A stretch of DNA of 15,194 nucleotides from Piromyces finnis finn (taxonomy: Eukaryota; Fungi; Neocallimastigomycota): assembly GCA_002104945.1 (NCBI GenBank), contig MCFH01000216.1:1-15194 (forward strand), in the 5' to 3' direction. Below are positions 1-8,049 of the stretch, in pieces (position 1 is the first letter of the stretch; the number at the start of each line of letters is the position of its first letter). The translations under genes were made by a program, and so were the position numbers. The notes under the pieces were generated by a model. The model made no database searches, was not told the DNA's origin, and saw nothing but the letters and a program-made list of their open reading frames with translations.

Positions 1-366
1 CAAAAGGTCGTTAAAAGAACGGTTAAATTCTCTAACAGAGCTTTTGTTTACTTTTATTTTTTCTAACTTATTTAGGTTTCTATTAGAGGTTTTATCATCC
101 TCAAATAAGTTAGATATTTTATTGATAAATTCATTATAAGATAGGGATCTATCTTCATAATAAATATCACTACAAAGATCCTTTGAGTTACCGGTAGTAG
201 CAAGCAAAGCAATTCTCTTCTTTTCTTTTTCAGAAAGAGCTAAGTCTTCTAAGATATCTTCAAGTTCCATTTTCCATCTGAAGAACTTAGTATCTTTCTT
301 GCCAAGAGGGCTTATTTCTTTAGCCATACTAGCGGCTCTTTCAAAATTGTTTTTATTTTCAGTCAT
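1..366 (-). CDS. gag: N-terminal part of Element A Gag, inverted copy, running off the window edge
   Basis: CAT at 364-366. Exact reverse complement of 1655-2020 (MTENKNNFERAAS...FNDLL). Absent from the ORF track, presumably because there is no stop inside the window. Confidence 0.93.
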   Translation of the reverse strand, partial: MTENKNNFERAASMAKEISPLGKKDTKFFRWKMELEDILEDLALSEKEKKRIALLATTGNSKDLCSDIYYEDRSLSYNEFINKISNLFEDDKTSNRNLNKLEKIKVNKSSVREFNRSFNDLL

Positions 367-454
367 ATTTAGTAAATAAATAAGATAATTATACTAAATA
401 TACTAATTAATAGGAATTATTTAAATTTTCGGCTTTCCCACGGGACGACTGAGG

Positions 455-464
455 TTCTCCACCA
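455..464 (-). promoter_or_regulatory. Primer-binding site, inverted copy
   Basis: TTCTCCACCA on the + strand is TGGTGGAGAA on the - strand, 2 nt from the LTR end; mirrors 1557-1566. Confidence 0.85.
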
Positions 465-466
465 CT

Positions 467-1044
467 TGATAACGGATTGGTAGTTATATTACAACTTTTT
501 AACTACTTCTTTGTTTCTTATATTGTTTTATCTCGACAGCTATTGTACGAGCTTTAACAATATCTACTAGTTTTTATTAATTTTTTTAATTTATTTTATA
601 ATTTTAATATTTTATTATTTTAATAATATTTATATAGAATAATAACACCAGATTTATTCTATAAAATATTATTTATTATTAACACAATAATTACAAATTA
701 GACAAGTTTAATTTCGTTTTTATATTTTCTTTTATTTATTGTTCTTATCTTTTTAACAATAATTTTTATTATATAAAAACTTATTTTTGTCTTTTAAATA
801 TTATTATGTATTATTTAATAATTATATTAACTATTATTAAAATTTAACTTATTTTAATAATCTAAGTCTTCTCATTTTTACTAAAAATATTATTATTCTT
901 TATATTAAAAATTATTTTTATAATTTAACCCAATCAAATATATAAATTTATAAAATATTTGATTTTATGTAAATTATATTTTTATAATAAACTATATAAA
1001 TTATTTAATAATTATTTTATAATAAAATTTCTACTAAATCAAAT
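467..1044 (-). repeat. Element A LTR, inverted divergent copy lacking about the first 30 bp
   Basis: The reverse complement aligns to LTR 4881-5481 but is ~23 nt shorter, with homopolymer shortening and several G>A changes. Confidence 0.9.
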
Positions 1045-1554
1045 ATTTTATAAATTTATATATTTGATTGGGTTAAATTATAAAAATAATTTTTAATATA
1101 AAGAATAATAATAATTTTTAGTAAAAAATGAGAAGACTTAGATTATTAATAATAAGTTGAATTTTTAATAATAGTTAATATAGTTAGTTAAATAATACAT
1201 AATAATAATTAAAAGACAAAAATAAGTTTTTATATAATAAAAATTATTGTTAAAAAAAAGTATAAAAACAATAAATAAAAGAAAATATAAAAACGAAATT
1301 AAACTTGTCTAGTTTGTAATTATTGTGTTAATAATAAATAATATTTTATAGAATAAATCTGGTGTTATTATTCTATATAAATATTATTAAATAATAAAAC
1401 TATAAATATTATAAAATATTATAAAATAAATTAAAATAAATAATAAAACAAGTAGATATTGTTAAAGCTCGTACAATAGCTGTCGAGATAAAACAATATA
1501 AGGTAACGAATAAGTAGTTTAAAAAGTTGTAATATAACTACCAATCCGTTATCA
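1036..1554 (+). repeat. Element A 5' LTR, missing the first 112 bp of U3
   Basis: No difference found by eye versus 4963-5481 (offset 3927). Ends ...CGTTATCA. Confidence 0.95.
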
Positions 1555-1556
1555 AG

Positions 1557-1566
1557 TGGTGGAGAA
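1557..1566 (+). promoter_or_regulatory. Primer-binding site, probably tRNA-Ala
   Basis: CA-ag-TGGTGGAGAA, complementary to a tRNA 3' end UUCUCC-A-CCA. U70 with A73 fits the tRNA-Ala identity (G3:U70). The tRNA assignment is inferred. Confidence 0.8.
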
Positions 1567-1654
1567 CCTCAGTCGTCCCGTGGGAAAGCCGAAAATTTAA
1601 ATAATTCCTATTAATTAGTATATTTAGTATAATTATCTTATTTATTTACTAAAT

Positions 1655-2509
1655 ATGACTGAAAATAAAAACAATTTTGAAAGAGCCGCTAGTATGGCTA
1701 AAGAAATAAGCCCTCTTGGCAAGAAAGATACTAAGTTCTTCAGATGGAAAATGGAACTTGAAGATATCTTAGAAGACTTAGCTCTTTCTGAAAAAGAAAA
1801 GAAGAGAATTGCTTTGCTTGCTACTACCGGTAACTCAAAGGATCTTTGTAGTGATATTTATTATGAAGATAGATCCCTATCTTATAATGAATTTATCAAT
1901 AAAATATCTAACTTATTTGAGGATGATAAAACCTCTAATAGAAACCTAAATAAGTTAGAAAAAATAAAAGTAAACAAAAGCTCTGTTAGAGAATTTAACC
2001 GTTCTTTTAACGACCTTTTGAAAGAAATTAAAGAAAGGGACAAGCCTTCTGAAGAAAGACTTGTTTTTCTTTATACAAAAGCTTTTAATAGGAGAACTTC
2101 TATATTAAATTCTCTTATTAACAAACAACCAAAAACTTTAAAGGATGCTATGGTCATTGCTATTAAAGCAGATGAGCTTCTATCTGCTTATGAAAGTGAT
2201 GATGAATATGTACCCAATAAAAGAACTCAAAACAAAAATAATTATTATAAGAGAAAAATAGAAGTTGAAGATAAAACCTCTTATAATAATAACGAAAATA
2301 ATAGTAGTACTGATAATGAAAAGACTACTAAAGAAGAAGCTAAAGAATCAGATCTGGATGCTTTGACCAAAAGCTTTGCCCAGATGAAAATTCATATCTG
2401 CCACCGTTGTAACCAGAAAGGACATGATGCCCGCTTCTGCCCAAACGAAATGACCGATGTGAACAAAATCATAGCTACCCTCCTCAAAACCCAAAACCAT
2501 TTAAATTAA
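1655..2509 (+). CDS. gag: Gag (capsid-like domain plus CCHC zinc knuckle) of Element A
   Basis: 284 aa ORF ~90 nt after the PBS. SVREFNRSFNDLL and PKTLKDAMVIA resemble retrotransposon capsid motifs. CHRCNQKGHDARFC (2399-2440) is C-X2-C-X4-H-X4-C. Confidence 0.9.
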   Translation: MTENKNNFERAASMAKEISPLGKKDTKFFRWKMELEDILEDLALSEKEKKRIALLATTGNSKDLCSDIYYEDRSLSYNEFINKISNLFEDDKTSNRNLNKLEKIKVNKSSVREFNRSFNDLLKEIKERDKPSEERLVFLYTKAFNRRTSILNSLINKQPKTLKDAMVIAIKADELLSAYESDDEYVPNKRTQNKNNYYKRKIEVEDKTSYNNNENNSSTDNEKTTKEEAKESDLDALTKSFAQMKIHICHRCNQKGHDARFCPNEMTDVNKIIATLLKTQNHLN

Positions 2510-2552
2510 ATGGGGGAAGTTCTCAATCTTCCCCTTCTAACTCCAAAATTGA
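2500..2552 (+). promoter_or_regulatory. -1 programmed ribosomal frameshift signal (slippery heptamer plus stem/pseudoknot)
   Basis: T TTA AAT (2500-2506) in the gag phase just before the stop, then a 5-nt spacer. Stem GGGGGAAG 2512-2519 / CTTCCCCT 2528-2535; loop TCAAT 2523-2527 is complementary to ATTGA 2548-2552. The -1 frame is open 2428-4497. Confidence 0.8.
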
Positions 2553-4497
2553 TAATAACCAAACCCACAACATCAACAACATTAATGAGCAAATCTATGT
2601 TGATGATACACGTGATTTCCATAAAACAAAAAAATTTCCAAATTCTAAAGAAAAAATCTCTAACCCTTTGGTGGATGATCCAATCAATGAAGATGATAAG
2701 GATTACGTTACACGTGATCACGTGACAAATACAGTCGATGATAAGGACATCGAAAACCTTATTTATGCATTCAAGAGAAAAAGTTCTGAAGAAAGTGATG
2801 AAAGTGATGATGAGGATCACGTGACTCAGTCGAAGAAAAAGAAACTTCGAGAAAATCCATTACCAATACACACAAAGGCCACTCAGATGAAAGAACAGCA
2901 AGAAATTCGTAATGAGAAAAATTCAAATTTTCATACCACTACTTCCCGCCTAGACATCTTAGACCCCTCGGTAATTGCAGGCAAGAATATTTCCTCTGCT
3001 AAGATGAAAAATAAAGAAACCAGAAATAAAAGAAGAATTGGTCCAGATATACCAAGTAAACAGGACGAATTAGAAGAAGTTATAGATAGCAAAAAGTCTC
3101 CCAAAAGCAACTATTATGACTTCCTACGTTCTATTGTCATGTTGGGCAAAAATAAAGAATATAATATTTTTGATGCCCTTAATAATACAAATGCTGGTAT
3201 CTCTTTTGCACAATTGCTTGCAGTCAGTCCTATCATCAGAAGACTTTGTGCCAAAGGTTTAAAGCTTGATTCAAATGACGTTCGGAAAATAAACGCCATT
3301 CAAAATATGGATCTTAATGATGATGATATTAATTCATTTATTAATATCATTAATGAAAATTATAATAATAAAAATAATGAAAACAATGATGATGCTGATA
3401 ATGACAATGATGATGATATTATCAATATAGCAGATAACGAAATTAATGTCATTAATAAAATCAACATTGCTTCTGTCATTGGCTCAATTGATAATAACAT
3501 TGTCCGAGTTTTAGTAGATACTGGTTCTGATGTTAATGTTATTACTAAATCCTTCTTTAATTTAATATCAGCAAATCATAATATTACACATTTTAAGAGA
3601 ACTTTCTTTAAATTAGCTAGCAAACAAGTTATTTCAACAAATCAAGCTGTTAATTTAACTCTTAAATTTGGTGATTTAAAAATCTATGCATTATTCTGGA
3701 TTCTAGAAGATGAAGATTCATGTTATGATATTATATTAGGTCGTCAATCTCAAAAGGATCACCGATTATACATTGATCCTGATGATGACTCTCTCTACAT
3801 GAAAACTAATTCATCTCCTATTATGGTTGCTCGTCCCTCAAATTTTAAACAAAATAAAAATAATCTTTCAAATATTTCAATGATTCATTGTTTCAATCCA
3901 TCAAATATTAATGAATCTCAATTTAATTCATTTAATAATAATATCAAAATTCAAAATTTTAATTCGACTTTTAACAATAAAAACAAACTTTTATATTCAA
4001 TTAAATTTCGACATTTATTCAAATTTAAAAATAAATATTTTTATCCAAAATATCACATTTTTCATTCAAATTTCAGCAAATTTCCAAAAAGAATTAAAAA
4101 CGATTCACTTATTAAATTTTCAATTAATAAGTCAAATCTTGTCGGCCGTGATGAAGCAGAAAAAACGCCAATTATTCACGAAAAATGCCACAAAATCAAG
4201 ATATATAAAAATAAAAGTAAAATTCTAAAATATAATCATTTGAATATTAATATTAACAGGAAATTAAAATCAAGAAAAAAGCGAAATAAACAAAATGATA
4301 TAATCAAAAATTCATCAAATAATTCGTTTAAGAATATATATTTCAGTATAATAAAAAGTGTAAAAGAAAGTATTTCAAATTCAATTATTTTCAATCTAAA
4401 AGATTATATCAAATCAGTAACTTCAATTTTAAAACGACATTATTTCGACATATTAAAATCAAAATTTCATCTATTTTCAAAGTTTAAAGAAAGATAA
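2500..4497 (+). CDS. ORF2 (-1 frame fusion to Gag): charged linker, N/D-rich tract, retropepsin-type aspartic protease, orphan K/N/I/F-rich tail
   Basis: Same frame as track ORF 2668-4497 and stop-free back to 2428. VLVDTGSDVNVI (D at 3517-3519) and YDIILG protease motifs; upstream ISFAQLLAVSP motif typical of the pre-protease region of fungal Ty3-like elements. Confidence 0.85.
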   Translation, partial: FKLNGGSSQSSPSNSKIDNNQTHNINNINEQIYVDDTRDFHKTKKFPNSKEKISNPLVDDPINEDDKDYVTRDHVTNTVDDKDIENLIYAFKRKSSEESDESDDEDHVTQSKKKKLRENPLPIHTKATQMKEQQEIRNEKNSNFHTTTSRLDILDPSVIAGKNISSAKMKNKETRNKRRIGPDIPSKQDELEEVIDSKKSPKSNYYDFLRSIVMLGKNKEYNIFDALNNTNAGISFAQLLAVSPIIRRLCAKGLKLDSNDVRKINAIQNMDLNDDDINSFINIINENYNNKNNENNDDADNDNDDDIINIADNEINVINKINIASVIGSIDNNIVRVLVDTGSDVNVITKSFFNLISANHNITHFKRTFFKLASKQVISTNQAVNLTLKFGDLKIYALFWILEDEDSCYDIILGRQSQKDHRLYIDPDDDSLYMKTNSSPIMVARPSNFKQNKNNLSNISMIHCFNPSNINESQFNSFNNNIKIQNFNSTFNNKNKLLYSIKFRHLFKFKNKYFYPKYHIFHSNFSKFPKRIKNDSLIKFSINKSNLVGRDEAEKTPIIHEKCHKIKIYKNKSKILKYNHLNININRKLKSRKKRNKQNDIIKNSSNNSFKNIYFSIIKSVKESISNSIIFNLKDYIKSVTSILKRHYFDILKSKFHLFSKFKER

Positions 4498-4699
4498 AAC
4501 CACATTAAACATTTATATACAAATAATACGACAATTACATTACAAAAATATGTAAAAACACAAAAATATTTACACTACGACATTTAACAAAATTTCACTT
4601 CATTTTTTTTATTTCTCTTTGAAAAAGAAATTTTATTAATAAAAATTTTCAAATTTTTCATCATTTTTTTTATAAACCTTATTTTATATTATTTTTATC

Positions 4700-4740
4700 A
4701 TATATATATATATATATATATAGAAAAAAAAAAAAAAAAA
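4700..4740. repeat. (TA)11 microsatellite followed by A17
   Basis: Read directly: TA repeats 4701-4722, A run 4724-4740. Confidence 0.95.
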
Positions 4741-4836
4741 TTTAAATTTTTAAATATTTAGTATAAAAATATCAAAAACTTATATATTTATTATTATTTA
4801 TGAATATTTTTATCAGCTACCACTAAGTCGTATCTT

Positions 4837-4848
4837 AGGGGAGGAAAT
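4837..4848 (+). promoter_or_regulatory. Polypurine tract of Element A
   Basis: AGGGGAGGAAA(T), then CT, then LTR start TGATAA. The CT mirrors the AG after the 5' LTR, consistent with 2-nt cDNA extensions trimmed by integrase. Confidence 0.85.
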
Positions 4849-4850
4849 CT

Positions 4851-5481
4851 TGATAAATAATAATTATAAATATATTATAAATTTGATATTAGTAGAAAAT
4901 TTTATTATAAAATAATTATTAAATAATTTTATATAGTTTATTATAAAAATATAATTTACATAAAATCAAATATTTTATAAATTTATATATTTGATTGGGT
5001 TAAATTATAAAAATAATTTTTAATATAAAGAATAATAATAATTTTTAGTAAAAAATGAGAAGACTTAGATTATTAATAATAAGTTGAATTTTTAATAATA
5101 GTTAATATAGTTAGTTAAATAATACATAATAATAATTAAAAGACAAAAATAAGTTTTTATATAATAAAAATTATTGTTAAAAAAAAGTATAAAAACAATA
5201 AATAAAAGAAAATATAAAAACGAAATTAAACTTGTCTAGTTTGTAATTATTGTGTTAATAATAAATAATATTTTATAGAATAAATCTGGTGTTATTATTC
5301 TATATAAATATTATTAAATAATAAAACTATAAATATTATAAAATATTATAAAATAAATTAAAATAAATAATAAAACAAGTAGATATTGTTAAAGCTCGTA
5401 CAATAGCTGTCGAGATAAAACAATATAAGGTAACGAATAAGTAGTTTAAAAAGTTGTAATATAACTACCAATCCGTTATCA
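4851..5481 (+). repeat. Element A 3' LTR (631 bp, TGATAA...TTATCA)
   Basis: Follows the PPT, has 6-bp terminal inverted repeats and matches 1036-1554. The TSD cannot be tested because the 5' flank is replaced by the palindrome. Confidence 0.95.
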
Positions 5482-6845
5482 TTGTTGATACGTGATAAAA
5501 TTATATAGTTAAAAATATTAAATTTATATAGTTATTTTTAAGGGTTAGCAATTATTTAAGAAAAATAATAATTTAATCTATTATTGAATAACCAATAAAA
5601 TATTATAAAAATTTTATATAAAAATAACAAAAATTCACTTTTATTAAGAAAAGGGAGTTCTTTGATAAATATAATTAATTATTGAGAAGTTTTATATCTG
5701 TTTTAACTAAAAATATTTTTTTATATTAAATATATAAATGTACTTAAAATTATTTTTATTAATAAAATAAAAGAGAAAGTTACAAATAAGATTTTTTTTT
5801 ATGTTTAATCCTTTTTTTTTCTTATATTCAAATACTTTGTGTATAAATTGTTAAAAATAATAAAAGTAAAAGCAAAATAATTAATAACACTAAAAAATAA
5901 TTATTAGTTATAATATAAATAAATATACAAATAATCATTTTTTTTATTCTTTTATTAGAATATATTATTTTGTATAAATCCCTTTTGTTCGACTCCTGGA
6001 AATAAAATAAATAATTAAATTTATGGTATTATTAAATAATACGTACCAATTGTAAGAAATATTTGTGGCCATAAGTTTGCCCACAAACATTTCAATTGAA
6101 ACCATATATTCTGGTCACCATTTATTGGCCAGATATATGTATAACCATATATTAATGGTTATTAATTAAATAGGAAGTTTATTTACTTTACCCAATCAAG
6201 TGGTAAAGAAAATAAACTAATATAGTTAAATAGTATAGTTAAAACTAACGTTAAATACTTTAGCGTTAGTATTAAAGTAAATTAGTAACTATAATAATAA
6301 TTAATGTATTATAATTATAATTAATAAATAAAAGATATAATTAAAATTAATTATTTAAGTAAATTTATTTCATAATAATATTTATATATACTTGTATTTA
6401 TTCTTGTGTTATAATATTTATTTTCTTTCTTTTATTATTTTTTATAAAACTTTATTTAGTTATTAACTCGTATAGAGAGGTAATAACTAACTTAATTAAC
6501 TAATTAATAACCTATTAACTAATATTATAAGAAACCTTTTACAATACTAACGCTTTATAGTAAGTTCTTACGTTAGCTTAGTTTTAATTAGGTTAGTGTT
6601 ATTAAAAGTTCTTAAAAAACATATTTTATTTTATTTAAATTATTGATTAATAATAATTATTTACAATATTTTATATAATATTCAAATATTATATTTAAAA
6701 GAAGTAAATTTATTATTAAAAATAATTATTTTTTAATAGTTTAGCAATAAAAAATTCATTATTTTTAAATTTTAAAATTCATTATAACCATATTTTATAT
6801 AATAAATTCTTTAATTTATTAAAAGAATTTATTTTCGAGCTAGAA

Positions 6846-7434
6846 ATGAAAAACACAGGTAAGTCACCTAACCCTCGGGGTGTCCATAAATTGGACACAA
6901 AAACATCATTCGTAAGGGACGGGACCCGTCCTGACGCGGCGAGCGCGGATGGCATGGATGGTGTAGAGGGAATGTCACGGGTTCGAACCCCGGTGCTTCT
7001 CGAAAGCACTGAGGTCGAATCTAATCAGAATTTACAGGTTCAACAGGGGGATTCTATGCCCGCCCCTGTTGATCCTTCTTTCTTTTTTACTAGTAATAGT
7101 GAGGTAAACCCAATGCAACACATTGAAGTTCTTCTTAATAGATGGGTTTCGGAAATATCTAGCCAGTTTGCTAGTATGGGAAACCGTCTGGGTGCTATGG
7201 AAGAACAACTTCGGGGTATTGAGGTTTACAAGAGCGAGATAAACGATGCTCTTCAGCAAAAATTTGTTGAAGTGGATCAAAGGTTGGAAGCAAATGAGTC
7301 AGCTAGCCAAGTTAGCTTGGAAGAGCTGCATGCTGTGGAAAATGCCTTTACTGCAGAACATGAGGAAAGGTTACAAGACCACCAGCAAGTGCTAAACAAC
7401 CAAGAAACGTTGTACCGTCAATCTAGTGCCTTTG
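6846..7434 (+). pseudogene. gag: 5' part of Element C gag (coiled-coil N-terminal region), broken by insertion of Element B
   Basis: The 197 aa ORF ends on a TAA supplied by the LTR B start. Removing B and one TSD gives ...QSSAF-VSYKKELEK. Confidence 0.8.
7430..7434 (+). repeat. Left target-site duplication CTTTG
   Basis: Identical to 13811-13815 and abuts TG of the LTR. Confidence 0.97.
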
Positions 7435-8038
7435 TGTAAAGATATCAAACGCCTCTGTTTGATATCTTTAATGTAACTTAAGCCACAAGTATTATTGTTT
7501 AAGTTACACAAATTATATTCAGAAAAAGAAAATGAGACATAATTTATTTATTAATAATTAAAGTTTAAAACAAAATAAATTATTAATTTATTTTTAATGT
7601 TTAACAAGTAAATTAATATTCTCAATTTAAATCCCTAGTTTTAGTATTGTTTTTTCATAGAAATAAATAAATAATAAATGATTAATATATCAATAATACA
7701 TGGGCACATATTCAAATTGAATAGTACTTAATTTGAATTGCCAATTGTATTTTACTAAAAATAGTTATAGTTTAAATATTTATTAATAATTAAGATTTTA
7801 GTGTAGATTTTAAATAATAATATATAAGAAATAAATAGTTATAATATAATATAAATGTATTTAGGAAAAATATAAATAGAAGATATTTTTCATCATTTTA
7901 TCGATGTAATTGTTATTAATAAAATTTCTATTATAATAAAAGATATTTTTAATAAAACAATTTTTTATTTTATTTTAAATTTTGTGTTATTGTAATAGAA
8001 TAGATATCCTAATCTATTCTTTCTGTGTCAGCATTACA
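7435..8038 (+). repeat. Element B 5' LTR (TGTAA...TTACA)
   Basis: Matches 13206-13810 except one indel found by eye (ctattata vs ctaattata). Confidence 0.97.
7871..7878 (+). promoter_or_regulatory. Candidate TATA box of LTR B
   Basis: TATAAATA ~30 nt upstream of 7906, the start predicted independently from self-primer complementarity. The AT-rich context lowers specificity. Confidence 0.5.
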
Positions 8039-8049
8039 ATAACAATTAC
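8039..8049 (+). promoter_or_regulatory. Self-priming primer-binding site (non-tRNA)
   Basis: ATAACAATTAC directly follows the LTR, has no TGG, and is perfectly complementary to GTAATTGTTAT at 7906-7916 inside the LTR. Confidence 0.8.

Larger units (their letters stand above)
1..2020. repeat. Large inverted duplication (palindrome) of the 5' part of Element A, centred in its LTR, extending past the left window edge
   Basis: 1-502 is the exact reverse complement of 1519-2020 (base i pairs with 2021-i). 503-~960 is a more divergent reverse complement of ~1036-1518. The non-palindromic spacer is ~961-1035. Confidence 0.97.
1036..5481 (+). mobile_element. Element A: non-autonomous Ty3/Gypsy-like LTR retrotransposon encoding Gag and protease only
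   Basis: LTR-PBS-gag(CCHC)-frameshift-protease ORF-PPT-LTR. No YxDD, RNase H or integrase motifs between the protease and the PPT. Confidence 0.9.

Noticed and set aside
1-1554. DIRS-like element with inverted terminal repeats
   Set aside because: No tyrosine recombinase or RT. The inverted arm includes PBS and gag, and the element has ordinary direct LTRs and a PPT.
2668-2670. GTG at 2668 as the real start of ORF2
   Set aside because: The frame is open from 2428 and a complete -1 frameshift signal at 2500 explains expression better.
2510-2725. 71-aa ORF starting right after the gag stop
   Set aside because: It is the gag frame beyond its stop, overlapping the better-supported -1 frame. 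Readthrough would not reach the protease.
3911-4228. 105-aa overlapping +1-frame ORF
   Set aside because: Explained as a by-product of codon usage in ORF2, which pushes TAA into the other frame; no motifs.
5482-6198. Calling this the 5' LTR of Element C
   Set aside because: No second copy in the window and the start is ambiguous (5483 or 5486), so it is kept only as a hypothesis in the findings.
6977-7000. tRNA T-arm / Pol III B-box-like CGGG-TTCGAAC-CCCG (also GTTCGACTC near 5986)
   Set aside because: No acceptor stem, D-arm, anticodon arm or A-box at proper spacing; the first lies in gag coding sequence.
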